The notes under the pieces were generated by a model, which saw only the letters and a program-made list of their open reading frames with translations, made no database searches and had not been told where the DNA came from. 47,267 nucleotides of DNA from Azolla caroliniana (Eukaryota > Plantae > Polypodiophyta), in NCBI GenBank assembly GCA_043228905.1, contig JBHGNT010000233.1, forward strand, positions 1 to 47,267. The letters are read 5' to 3'. Positions 25,501 to 38,950 of this stretch are shown piece by piece. How positions within the stretch are numbered: the stretch's first letter is position 1; each line of letters opens with the position of its first letter. Both the position numbers and the translations under genes were made by a program.

Positions 25501-26188
25501 TGCTCTTGTTGTCAAGTACATCTCTGATGAAGTGATACTTCACTTGTATGTGCTTCATCTTTGCATGAAAGATAGAATTCTGTGCCAGCATAAGAGCACT
25601 CTGATTGTAACAATGAAGAACACGCAACTCTATAATGCCAAGATCTCCCAATCGACATGAAATCCATAAAACCAGCTCACATGCCTCAGTGGCAGCCACA
25701 TACTCTGCTTCTGTAGTAGACAATGCAACACACTTTTGAAGCTTGGAGATCCTAGAGACTGTTCCTCTTGTGAAAGGTTTTTGATTTTGTTGAAACACAA
25801 TATTTATTACACATCCTGCCCAATTATGGGTTTATTGACCTTTGCATTGTTCTAATGGAAGATAGGATTCATCACTTCATGGAATGTCTGGTTTCTTGTC
25901 AAATTTTGGGTATTTGATACCAAGACGATGGGTGTTGCAAATATCAGTTACCTCAACCAATGATTAGAGACGATCATTTTCTTCATTTTGAGATCTTGGG
26001 GATTCCATCATAATGGGATATGTGCATGGAGTTAGAGTGTTTGTACAAAAGTTGAAGGGATTATTGATGTGGTAATTTTGTTAATTGGGGCAAGTTGAAA
26101 TTCTTTCCTCGATGGACTTCGTTTTGCCTAGTGATGATTACATTTATTTCAATGGCACCATTTATTTGTGGTACATTTGTAGTGTTTT

Positions 26189-26225
<37 letters not shown>

Positions 26226-29200
26226 TTAACGAGATTACATCTTAAGTGTTGTCTCGTCTTTGAGAACAAATCAAAATAAAATAAATATTACACAGTAAAT
26301 ATAAAAGTAAATAAGATGAGAAGAGAAGAAACGAGGGAATGTGGTTTTTGGCACATGTGAGATTCTCAAGTTAGGTATATTGTAGCTTTTGGCTTCGAAA
26401 GATCTCTAGCATAGGTCGATCCAGAATGGAAATGTCTCCGAAGCGAGGGAAGCACCTACGATGGCGGGAGATAATGGCTTTTATCTGTTGATGACAAGGG
26501 TGTCGAGGTCGTGGTCCATGGGGTTGGGGCGTTGGGGCCTACGTGCACGGCAAATTGCTATTTCCTGATCAATTGTAACCCCTTTGTTAAGTCCTAGTCT
26601 GGAGCCCATTTGTGTATCCTGTGATTGACTTGTAGCATTAAGTAGGAGTGATGGGGCTAAAGAAAATTGTGATTGTTCTTTGTGGATGAGTTTGTGTGGC
26701 TGTATTCTTCAACAACTTTTCTCGATGTCTCTTGAGCTCTAGCAAGAAAAGTCCTAGGCATCATTGGTCCTCATATTCCATTACCTTGCGTAGTGGGCCA
26801 AAGCCTTGTTTAAAGAGGCAATGGTATCTCCCTCTGATTTGATAAAAGACACTACAATGACAAACATAGTGTTCCTCAAATTCCACTCCTTGATGACACA
26901 ATTGGCAAATTCTCTCTTCTAGAGGTAGTCGTGTATATCTGCCTACCTCAATCTGTAGCTAATGTGATGAAGTTCGCAGCTGCCCTATCACACTACGCAG
27001 CGCATAGGATAGATGTATGTCCATTTAAGGTGGCCTGATGACAAATCCATCCTCCAATGTATGTAAGAAGTGTGTCTTATAGTGGGCCATCTTTGTACCA
27101 AGTGATATTTTGGGGCTGATCCATGTTATCTTGTTTTCCAAGGTAATAATATCAGTTCGGATCACTCTGTTCTTTTCTACTTTGGTTATATTTAGATGGG
27201 GACAGTCCAAGCTATATTGGAACGGGGGTAGTGCATTTATACTCATGCCATGTGACTCGAACCATTGCTGCATTTCAGAATGCCAACAATGAGTGTCTCC
27301 ATTTTCAAGCAATTGTCTTGATGACATAAGTGCCAACCTTGGGTACCTTCGTTTACAGAGCTCCCAAAAACGTTGGATAAATGTCATTGATCAGAACAAT
27401 GCCTCGGTTATTATAGGTGCTGCTTCCGTCTCTGCCCGGATTATATCGTGGGGCATTGATGCTTTGCTCCTTATCATGCGAGCAATCATTGACACTAAAG
27501 GTCTCTCTAAATCTTTCCAATGATTTGCCTTGTTAAGACTCAGTCCCCATGTTTCTACTCCATGTTGATTGACAAACCTTTGTCCATACAAAATAGTTTT
27601 AAGGCATTTAGATGTCTTTGTTGTCCCTCCGGAGAGTCAGAAGTCAGCACAATATCATCAGCATATAGTAATATTTGTATAGCTATACCTACTAGGCGTG
27701 CTCCAGAACTCCCCAATCTCTCTATGTAATGTGATACCTCATCTATATAGAGACCAAAGAGAGTGGGGGATAGTGGGCATCCTTGCTTCACTCCAATTGT
27801 GCTAGCCATCACCTCTAACAAGCCCTTGGAAGACCACACTTTTCCTGTCACAAAGTCACAGTGTCAAAGGCTTTTCGGAAATCCACAAAGCAGCAATAAA
27901 TCCTCTTATTGTGGGATCTGCCCTCCTCAATAAGGGCTTGGAGGGTGAATATGTGATCCAAAGTTGTGAACCCCTTCCGAAAGCTTGCCTGTCCAACTGA
28001 ATGGCAGCCATTCTGCTCTGCCCATATACTCAATTCTGATTCTAGAATCGACCCATATAGTTTAGCCAAGTAATGGCCAATCATGATTTTCCTATAGTTG
28101 CTTGGCATCATGGGGTCTCCACTCTTGAGGATTGGCACAATGGTATGCTGAGTCCATCTAGTGGGGAAACCTTCACACATGGCTCTATTAAAGATGTGTG
28201 CTAGCAATGGGAGCAACATGTCACGGGCATAGATAAAGTGCTCACCCGCCAATCCATCATGATCTTGGGCCTTCCCAATTGTAGCCGATCAATGGCATTC
28301 TTACATTTTGTGGTGTAAAGAAGGTTGATTCATGTGGGCGTGAGGCATTCGGGTGGGGAAGAGAAGGTTGCCCCGGGATATCATATAGAACCTTTGCATA
28401 TTCATGCCTCACCTGAGGTGAGGTTAGTTGTGTGGTGGGTGCCTCTCATTTAACATTTTCCATGCTCTTTTACTCTCTTGGCCTAGAAACAAGCGATACA
28501 AATGATCTTCAAATTTAGCTAAATACAATCTCTTCTTCTTCCTTACAAGGCATTGGAAGGTTGCGCTTGCTTGGTTGTGTATAAATGCCCCGAGTTACAT
28601 CACGTTGCAAGCATCTCCTTGTATCACGACATTCCTCATCATACCAACTATTTTGTATTACTCTACAAAGTTTGGGGGGATTGGCCGTTGTGTGAGGGAA
28701 GACATTGTTGTTGTGAGGGAAATTCGTGCAAGGATTGTGCTTGGTCGAAGATATGTGGAAAGCATGATCAAATATGATCAAAGGCAGAGCATTGTATCAA
28801 AGTGTGATACTTAGACTCTCGAACTTGTTTAGGGCAAAGTGTGCATAGTTGACCATTCTCATCACTTGTGCCCCAAAGCCCGATCTCACATCGCAATGCA
28901 TGTGAGCTAAGTTGCATGGAAGCAATGGTTCGAATGGCAAACAACGTGATGGGCTCTAACATGTATTGATGTGTATGGTTTCCCCGTTTCGCAAAGAATA
29001 TGGTTTTGTAGCTAGGTGCAATATGTGTAGTTAGATAGATAGATAGATTCTATTATTGTCTTTGGAGGTCAAATATGACCAATGAGAACAAAAATATTAC
29101 ATTTCACGTGATACATGTGAAAGTGAGTAGTAACTCTCAATGTTCAAGAACTTTACCAACAAATGTTGCAATTGAAACTGCACATTGTGGTTGTGAGAGA

Positions 29201-29871
29201 AATTAGTGTGAGGATTGGGCTCGGTCAAAGATATGTGGAAAGCATGGTCGAATATGATCAAAGGCAGAGCATTGTATCAAAGTGTGATACTCAGACTCTC
29301 AAACTTGTTTAGGCAAAGTGTGCATAGCTGGTCACTCTCATCACTTGTGCCCCAACGCCCCATCTCACAATGCATGTGAGCTAAGTCACATGAAAGCAAT
29401 GGTTCGAATGGCAAATAACGGGATGGGCTCTAACATGTATCGATGTGTACGGTTTCCCCGTTCCGCGAAGAATATGGTTTTGTAGTTAGGTGCAACATAT
29501 GTAGTATAATATGTGAAGCGTGAGCCTCCACATTTGTCCCATGTCATGATACATTGGCGTTGCAAAAAGTCCTCATTTATGGAGGAATCTAGTGATGCAT
29601 CATGAAGCAAGTGTCTTGCATCCCATCTACCAAACCATTTTACTATATCTTGCATCCAATTGGAACACAAAATTTTGGCTTTTATGCATCTTTTGGATCT
29701 TTTTACTTGCTTCCCATGCAATTCTAGGAAGTTAATGTGAGGGACTTTTTTGAACCTCAAGCATGTATTTAACAACCCTGTCCATGGCCATGATCTCCAT
29801 AAGAAGCAATCCTGTCTCAAGGAGGAGGGAAATTTAAACAGATATTTTATAGTCCATGAAACCACGTTTGG

Positions 29872-29928
<57 letters not shown>

Positions 29929-31041
29929 GGTAAACAAGGGTATTTACATATTTGTTCTAAGGTTTTTCTCGAAGGTTTATAAACTTTCCCCTTGTTCTTC
30001 CTTTTGACCAATGTTGGTATTGCCAAACAAGGTACTAAAATGGAAATGTCCAGTTGATACTCAATAACTCCTTTCGAACCAAGATTCTGAGTATTAATTA
30101 CTCTTATCTTAAATTCCTAAACCTTGTATGAAGCTGGTTGTGCCAATAATAATTAATCATTTTGACTTTATTTAACATGTGATAAAGACAATGAAACAAA
30201 TGTAAGTGTTTAAGTGAAACTCTCGTAAGTGATTAGCACTAATGTGACACTCGTGCCTACCTCCATTTCCAGCATTAGAGTAGATGTCAGTTCAATGCTG
30301 CCTAATGATGACTCTACTGGTGCAGAAGTGTGTTTGTGAAGAACTCCTCAAGCTCTACACTGCTGGAGATACTATTAGAAGAGGGGATTATCTTTTTCCT
30401 AGTTTTTAAACTGTTTTATGCTAGCACTCAAAGAGAATAGATTGCAGAAAAGTCATATTAATAAACAGATTGTGGTGGTAATAGGGGTCCAGGTATTGTT
30501 GGTCAGCAGCCTGTTTTGCTTCCTGGAACTAATTTCGAATACACTTCTGCATGTCCTCTTGCAACTTCATCTGGCAAAATGGTAAGGACAGTAATAGTAT
30601 GTTTTGTTAATATAGGTTACATTACGTCTGATTCTGTGAACAATTTTGTGCTGTTTACCCTACTATAATATTATATCTTGTGAAAGTGCTGAATATTTCA
30701 GGTGCCCATCTGGATGTCTAAATAGGATCTCCTCAATCTCCCTCTAACTAATGATGTATTTATTCACACATTGGAAATCTGCTTTCTTTTTCATGTGCCT
30801 CTCGCACTAGATAGAACACTTTAGGTGCCCATCCAGATGGATGTCTAGGTACATAACCACAAAAAAGTTAGGATGGTGTTCACCAAAATTCTGATGCTTT
30901 CTTTTTCTGTAACATGTATGCTAGGAGGGAGACTATGAATTGAGGTATGTAGATGAAGTGACATCACTCACTTTCAATGTGGATATTGGTTCATTTGACC
31001 TTGCAATGCCAAATCATGGGAGGGTTCACAATGATAAATGA
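22595..31041 (+). CDS. apaG: UvrB/UvrC (UVR) motif + ApaG (DUF525) domain protein with probable plastid transit peptide
   Basis: Phase-consistent exons: 22595-22864, 23835-23948, 24267-24353, 24513-24685, 30485-30581, 30925-31041. Ser/Pro/Arg-rich N-terminus; two UVR-like helices ([36 protein letters not shown]); ApaG motifs [57 protein letters not shown]. Confidence 0.93.
24790..25084 (+). mobile_element. L1-type LINE reverse-transcriptase fragment in ApaG intron 4
   Basis: Translates to [16 protein letters not shown] and [23 protein letters not shown], typical L1 RT motifs. Confidence 0.7.
25085..25770 (-). mobile_element. Ty1/copia remnant: RNase H C-terminus, PPT and 3' LTR (25085-25311)
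   Basis: ORF 25394-25798 has [18 protein letters not shown]...[12 protein letters not shown]...DNPADLLTK. Minus strand then reads AGGTGGGAGGT (PPT), then TGTTGAGTATA...CCCTTCA. Confidence 0.88.
26191..26223. repeat. (GA)n microsatellite at the 3' end of the LINE block
   Basis: Directly visible. Confidence 0.95.
26224..28720 (-). mobile_element. RTE/RTEX-like non-LTR retrotransposon (RT and C-terminal region, frameshifted, internally deleted)
   Basis: ORFs: 28515-28781 (NSWYDEECR), 27848-28252 (PILKSGD...[16 protein letters not shown]), 27555-27851 ([22 protein letters not shown]), 27391-27591, 27025-27387. Confidence 0.92.
28720..29876 (-). mobile_element. Two tandem 3' fragments of a second RTE/RTEX-like LINE family
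   Basis: 28720-29030 and 29205-29500 are near-duplicates. They encode HALRCEIG...[19 protein letters not shown] (C-terminal CCHC-type motif). Confidence 0.8.
29877..29924. repeat. (GA)n microsatellite at the other boundary of the LINE block
   Basis: Directly visible. Confidence 0.95.
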
Positions 31042-32158
31042 GATGTCACTGATCCTTTGGTGAGAGCAGGAGTAGTAAGTCTGTACACTTGTAACTGTCT
31101 ATAGTGACATATACTATGAACATGGTTTACATAAACAATATTCTTGGATGTAATAATGTATATTAAATAATCTTGTTTTCATAATCCAGTTAACAGGCCA
31201 TAGAGAGAACAAATAGTTATTACTGCTGTCCTGTGATTGGAATAAATCAAGCTTTATTATTTGTGCTGTGGGAACATCAAACTTATTTTTTCTCAAAATA
31301 TCAAAATTTATTTTTTCTTTGATGATATATAGTGTTCTAAATTAATGATGCCATTCTCCATTGCCTTTGGAGCTAAATTGTCGCAATATGATATTAGTGG
31401 AACATAAAGATGCATGACTTGGACATAATCAACTCATGTTAGAAGATTGGCAAAATTAACAATAGAAAGCAAAAGTGACAATGTAGGATTCTGGGTGAAA
31501 TCAATCTGGTGTGTCATCTTTTATTATGTACTGCAAACCTTTGTAGGTTGACCATTTGATGCACATTTAACTCCCAATGATACATGGTAAAGATTATTGA
31601 AGGTAGTGTTGGGATTCCATCTCTTGTACATTCTATATGTATATCAAGTGTTGATTTTTTTAGTATCAGTTATCAATTAGTTGTATGTCAATTTTATGGG
31701 GTACTTTCTGTTTATTGCAAAGAGTTTTAACTTGTTGCATACAAATGGGCATTAACTCTATGTATGCTAGCTTTGTTGCAAATCCTAAACTTTCAGTATG
31801 TTCTCCATTATCACTTGGACAGATGATTGAACAGATGATTTGAATGGAAAAAATCAACATTGGGCTTCCTAACTTGAGTTGATTAGTTCTATGCTGTAGT
31901 TATCTTAAGTTCTGTTGTTTGTGGTTTAATGTAGGAATTGCATCAAATTCTGAGGAAATGGAGGCTGGTTTGCAAAATTTATGATTGCAAAATTAAGCAC
32001 AAGAGGTGCAATTAGGTTTCAAAATGATTGAATCACACGTTAAGAGTGTTAAATTGGGAAGTTGATGTGGAAAAAGAAGGATTTCAAAAGGAGAGGAATT
32101 TGAGCCCTCATTAAGAGTGTCTAATTAGGTCTCATGGTGATTGGTTTGTTGGTGAAGA

Positions 32159-32446
32159 CTAATATTGATAATTTAATGTCATGGCAAGCATTCCTTATTA
32201 TTGCTCTTCTTCCCACTTCTATGTGTCTTGTTAAAGCTTGGAGGGCAAACTTTTCTAATATTGATAATTTAATGTCATGGCAAGCATTCCTTATTATTGC
32301 TCTTCTTCCCACTTCTATGTGTCTTGTTAAAGCTTGGAGGGCAAACTTTTCTAATATTGATAATTTAATGTCATGGCAAGCATTCCTTATTATTGCTCTT
32401 CTTCCCACTTCTATGTGTCTTGTTAAAGCTTGGAGGGCAAACTTTT
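32159..32446. repeat. Perfect 3 x 96-bp tandem repeat
   Basis: Units start at 32159, 32255 and 32351 and appear identical. Confidence 0.95.
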
Positions 32447-35343
32447 CAAAAGAAATCTTATTATCACCATTGGAATTCTTTTCAATCTTCATCTATGTGT
32501 ATGGATTTTGGTTTGTTTGGCATTATGGTCAATGGCAATAAAAGGTTTTGCACACTCCAAAATCTTGTAAAAGGTTATCTTGTCCCAACAATTCGGCATG
32601 CATGCACATAACTTTGCAAGAATCTGGGAAGTGGTAACATAATACTTCCACATCCAATTGTTGAACCATTGTTTCAAAAAGCTCATTGGGATCTCGATTT
32701 CCTTACAAGACCTAACAATGCTAAAGTCATATTCCCATTGTAAGGGCAAACAATAGACACACCTCTAGTAATAGCATGGGGTAGCCTTTGATGCCACCAA
32801 CCAAAACACATAGGTGATGTACAAGTAAAAGCTTGGCAAGGTGGACAAAAAACAATATGAGGACACATGATCCTATGTCCAAGGCTAATTTAATATCTTA
32901 ACTTAGTACAATCATTTTAATGTTAGGCTTGGTTGTACATGCCCTTATCTAAACATGTAGGGATATAAGGCTCATGAACTAAAAAATCCACCACTTTCTT
33001 AATTGTGTCTATGGAAAGACCTTGAGTGCAACTTGGATCATCAAATGTCATATCAACCTTTCTATGTCTTTTACTTTTTATCAGTTATGTCCCTAATATC
33101 TTTTGTTGTAGCTTAAACAAGCAATGTTTTTGAAAGGCATTTGATAGTATCATGTGACCATTTCATGCATCGATGGCTATATGGTTGTCCACATTATGGT
33201 TTGGATATAGGTGAGTTGAATGGTATAGATAGGGCTTTCAATTAATTGTGTGCTTTTTTGAGGTTCTTCTATTTTAGTTTCTGGAGTTTCACCTTTGTAC
33301 CACTCTTTGTACCGAGGTGCATTAGCATTCTAAGGTATTCATGCTTGGCTTCTTTACATGATGTGAAGATAAGATGGACCAATACAAAATTCTCTATTTG
33401 ACAACATTCAATTGGGTGAGGAGAATTATCCCAATCCACCTCTCATGTTAATTGCTTTAAGTTTGTTCAATTAGCAATGAGATCATTTGGATCCGAATTT
33501 TCAATACTTTCTTGGGCATTTGCCCTTGCCCCTAATGAACAACACCACAAATGTCACAAACCCCTACTCTTATTTCAACAATTCAAGAATGGGAACAACT
33601 ATTCTCGATATCAAGCTGCCAAAGGACTTGGGAGCATCATAGCTGGCACGAGATGAGTAGAGCTTCTTAAGACGAAAAGGGAACATCACACACGACGGTA
33701 ATCAATCCTTGATACTACCCTTTGTAGATTATAATCCTTGATACTACTCTTTGTAGATTATTTGTAAAAATCCGATGTATACCATCATTGTAAAAAATCC
33801 GTGTCGTGCCCTTAACATTCGATAAGATCTATTGTCCGTAAACCATGGCACTATTAGTGAGCTTGTATTATGCATAATTGCAGGTTAATGGAGCCAGTAA
33901 ATTGTACTCGTAAATAGCTCTTATCTTCACATCTCATCTTTCAATTCATTTTAGATCTTTTGGCGTTTAGGTCAGATCGTTCGCCTGCTTCGCAAGGATC
34001 TCTGTCATACTGGTCCAGGTAATCAACCCTCCATCCCTGTTCATCGTCATCAGTGTTAATGTTATTTTTCTCTGTGTTTTCTGTTGTTGTATTTTGAATT
34101 TTTGTTTCTGTTTCTTTTATTTTCATCTGTATTTCTATTTTGTTGCTTTTTGGGTTTCTCTTTGTTTTCTTTTTGGGTTTTTCTTTCAATGTCAACATCA
34201 TCAGAGTTTCGACAGAGATGTAAAATATGCCTAAATTGTTTTATCCTCCACCCAAGAAATCGCCGAATAAGATCATGTGAGCATGTGTGGTAAAATAATG
34301 GTGCTTTGTTGGTGATCTATCTCTGTGGTTTAATCCATGGAGCGGGGGTGATCCCATAGTGATGATCAAACTTGGGTTCTGTCTATGATGTCGTATAAGG
34401 TCATATGACAACTGGGATGGAGGATATATGGAAGTTTATGTTGGAAATAGATTGGTATAATGAAGCCCATCGTCCTGGTGGGCCTTTAACCTCTCACCTA
34501 TAAAAATGATGTTATTTTACTTGCTTTCTGCTTCGATGCTCCCACAGTTCTTCCCTACCAACTTAACTACCTGGTTCTGTTGCTGACTCAACAAAGTGGA
34601 ACATTCTTGTAGAGGAGAGAAGTAGGGGGTTTGTACTTGTATGTTTGTAAGCGTGTATGAAAGAGAAAGGTGATGATGATATACATTTATGTCCATAGAG
34701 AACCAATATGACCCATGGAACCAGCAAATGTTCAATGCACTCTCCCCTGCCGTGGAATTGAGGGATTAAAAGAATGGAGGAAGAAGAATATACTGTAAAA
34801 TCTGGAATGTGAACCAAGCTTGTTTCACTATTTGAATCTGTCATTTGTTTGGCTCTATTATCAAGGCGACAAGCCAAAAGTATGTCCACTGTCATTGGCA
34901 ATGGTTTTGTTCTTATTAGAACTTCTTGAAAGATAAAACATTGTGGGATTTCTTGCAAGTCGTGCCTGGTGTCCTCATATGGAAGGCATTTCATGTTCTT
35001 TTGTGTTTGGTAGATTGAGTTGGAATATTCTATTTTTTGGCTCACTATTCAGCTAACCAGCAATTTGTACACTCAATGTGCGTAAGCCTGTGCACATCAG
35101 TGTCACAGCATGGGTGTCCAGATGTGAGCGTCTGCATTGGCAAGCCGTCTTCAGCAATTTCCCCCTGAGATCAAGTACTAATTTGGCGGCAAATTCATAA
35201 TATTGGGCTGGCTTCCATTCTCATAGTAAATTTTCAAAGTGTCATAGTTTAGATATCCCAATCCTTACATTTAGCCAGCAACTTTGTGCATTTACAATGT
35301 TTGACACCTGCAAAATTTTTAGAGGAGGGCTAAGGTTATCACT

Positions 35344-36214
35344 GCAGCAGAGATTTATAGAAAACCCTGAGGATCGAGGATCCCATTTAAGTAGTATTTT
35401 TCTATTCTTTTCAATACGTGATGGAGAGATTAAGACCATGCTGTTGTGCTAAATGACACTTGAGATGGGAAAAAGATGACTGTTTTTCTAATCACTGTCT
35501 ACATTGTATAGCATCCACACGTTTTATTTTACTTAACTTCTTGCTGATGCAGTGGTTTTAGGGACAAGGAAAAATGTGGTGGGAATCCATGCTCCCCATG
35601 GGAATTATTGTTGGGATGATTTTCATAATGGGACAGTCGCAGCAGAGATTTATAGAAAACCCTGAGGATCCCATTTAAGTAGTATTTTTCTATTCTTTTC
35701 AATACGTGATGGAGAGGTTAAGACCATGCTGTTGTGCCAAATGACGCTTGAGATAGGAAAAAGATGACTGTTCTTCTAATCACTGTCTACATTGTATAGC
35801 ATCCACACGTTTTATTTTACTTAACTTCTTGCTGATGCAGTGGTTTTAGGGACAAGGAAAAATGTGGTGGGAATTCATGCTCCCCATGGGAATTATTGTT
35901 GGGATGATTTTCATAATGGGACAGTCGCAGCAGAGATTTATAGAAAACCCTGAGGATCCCATTTAAGTAGTATTTTTCTATTCTTTTCAATACGTGATGG
36001 AGAGGTTAAGACCATGCTGTTGTGCCAAATGACACTTGAGATAGCAAAAAGATGACTGTTCTTCTAAGCACTGTCTACATTGTATAGCATCCACATGTTT
36101 TATTTCACTTAACTTCTTGCTGATGCAGTGGTTTTTAGGAACAAGGAAAAATGTGGTGGGAATCCATGCTCCCCATGGGAATTATTGTTGGGATGATTTT
36201 CATAATGGGACAAT
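35344..36214. repeat. 3 x ~288-bp tandem repeat
   Basis: Units start at 35344, 35639 and 35927 (GCAGCAGAGATTTATAGAAAACCCTGAGGATC...); high identity; unit 1 has an extra GAGGATC. Confidence 0.95.
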
Positions 36215-38950
36215 CACAAGATTTCTTCCATAAGGCTGCTTTTGGCAAGGTATTATTTTATAGAATGGTTAATTATTTTCCGTCGAAATTATTGTTGGGG
36301 TGGTGAACCTAATCTTGATTGTGAGTATATACATAGTGTTTCTTGCAGAATTAAAATTTCTGTTAATACATGCATAAACACGCATATATTATATCTATAT
36401 ATATTTAATATTATTTTCTTGGTTATGTAGCTAAAGGTGCTACAAAATGTTTGACGGGTTAATGCTCAGGTAGATCAGGAGTATTGGCGCCATTTATAAT
36501 TCTTACTATTTATGCATTGTGAAGCTGGGCCAGGTGATTTGTATACTATTAATATAAATATAAGGATATTCGGTGAAATCCAAAAAAGACATTGAAGAAG
36601 AGGGGGTTAGACCTGACTTCATAATGTTATGGTACAATATTATGATCTGAAGTGGAGGATGCATGGAGATGGCCAGACTGTGAAACGTTAAAACAAGAAA
36701 TTATTTAACATTTGAGAATCCATTTTTAGAAACCTGTTTAGCATCTGATGTAGATAAGATTAATGTATTTTGTAGCAACTAAAACAAATAGATCACAGCA
36801 GGTGGTAATTCCTGAGAGAGATTAATACATTTTCTAGGATCTTAAAAGCAGGAGATCTGTTTGTCATTCGTTCACGAGATCGTATATAGTTTATATAAGA
36901 GGAAAAGAAAAGGTACGATTGGGATCAGTGAAACATTTTGGCTATTTGTAGACCAGTGACTATTTTCCAGGATATCGGGGTTCCTTATGTTTCTGCTCTA
37001 ATTAGGATTTATTCTATATTTATGTTACTTTCAGCCCAAACATCCTTGCTCAGATGCTTGGGATAGAGCCATGGAAGAAAGAGATTGGAGGGTTCGCGAA
37101 GAAGCTGAAGCAGCTCAGGTAATTTTTCTTTCAATGTTTATTTCTTTTGATTTCCATATTAGAATCTCCCATTTCATTTTCTTTCTTTGATGTGCTTACA
37201 GTCGAGTAACAAGGCCGAATGAGTGTTTCACATTGGAACAAACTTTGACAATCTTGATTACAAAAATAAGAAAACTAGAAATTTTTGTTCAGCCATCATA
37301 TATAAAGTTGCTGATATTGTCACTGACGTTTGCTCTTTTACTCAATTAGTAGCATGTTTTATCATTGGAAGAAGTATAAAAGTACGTGTGGGTGATTTCA
37401 GATATTGACAAAGTAAGATCCACATTTTTTCTGAATGTGTCTTTATTTTATGGCATCGTCAAATATTTTGAGCTTAAAACATAGTGAATTCTGGTTTTGC
37501 TTTTTCAAGGTGTGTTTTGTCTTTCAAACCATGCACACATGATGGAAGATATTGATCACATAATTGAACTTTCCACTCTCTATTAATCCTTGAGAACGTG
37601 TAGGGAGAAACAGATATAGGTTCCGCACTTTTAAACCACCTGTTTTTATAGGGAGACTGAAGTTTGTCAATAGCTTCTAACTTTAAACCACCCATTTTCA
37701 TGTTTCTGTTTTTTTGTAGGAAATGCTTTAGCTACAGCTTGTTTGCCTAAAGATTTTAAGTAAATGCACGTCTATGGACTGGAATCATTAATCATCACGA
37801 ATTTTTAGAATATTCAACATTTCGTTTTGTATGCTAGGAAGAAAGTTGCCCTTCTGTAGGAACAGCTACCAAAAAGAACTGTGTTTCATGGACAACAGCC
37901 AATTTTATCTATACCAGACATTGTTAACAAAATAGGAATTTCACTGTGAATTGATGTCATTTGTGAATGCATAATTTGATTTAGCTCCTGCTAAAGACAT
38001 TCTATTCCTTAGTATTGAAATTGATCCATTGAATCGTTTGTCTAATTGTTTGATGCAACAGTTTACTGTGTAGTGGTGAAAACGGCCTTTTTAGCCATTG
38101 CATTCCATGTATACTATTCCTGAGGACGTGACTGTTGTAAAGTCATGTTTGCCCAATCCATGAAATGGCATTATTCGTAACTGAGAATATCTTTACCTTT
38201 AATTTCACAAATTGTCAGTAATACACCTTCATAAAGACGTTTTTCTGAAAAGCAACCCTCTGAACAGACTCACTTCTTTGATTTCGTGCAAATTTTTTAT
38301 TGGGGAATTTGCACATGCATTTTGGAATACATATCCAAGAGCATATTTCTAATGCATTCGTATGCATGCACTGTGCTTTCAAAGACTGTCCAAGATGAAC
38401 AGACTCCTCAGGTTTCATTGGGAAATTTTTGCATGTGCATTTAGTAATATCCAAGAGCATATTTTTGAGGTATTACATATGCATGGCAACGTGCTTTCAA
38501 GGACTATCGAAGATAAGCAGACTCCTTACTTCTTCATATGCATTCAAAAGCTTTCAAACACTACCCGAGATAAATATATTCCTGAGGTCTTAAGACTCTT
38601 GCACCACAAAATTTGAAGCATATACATTATCCTGCTGTTTTTGGATTCTACCAAATTCTAAAAAGTGCAGGATTATAAAAATGAAGAGAGATAATTATAT
38701 AGATAGCCCTATCAGATATTAACACAAGCTTATAATGACAATCTAAATAGCACCTTCAATTCATCAATTATGTCAACCAAGTTTTCTGAGCATAATTCAA
38801 AAGGCATTCAAAATTGATTAGTAGCTACAGAAAATAAATTTAATGATTTCGACTAAATATGGTTAACATAAAATTACTCTAGTCCTAGTTTGATCATGTC
38901 GTACTGAGCACACCAACAATCCTACGTGAATTTTCTTTCACAGCCTTGGA

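Noticed and set aside
32121-32541. Repeat-protein ORFs on both strands
   Set aside because: By-product of a 96-bp tandem triplication; no coding evidence.
31600-33550. Possible decayed DNA transposon
   Set aside because: Looks TE-like, but I could not identify diagnostic motifs or termini.
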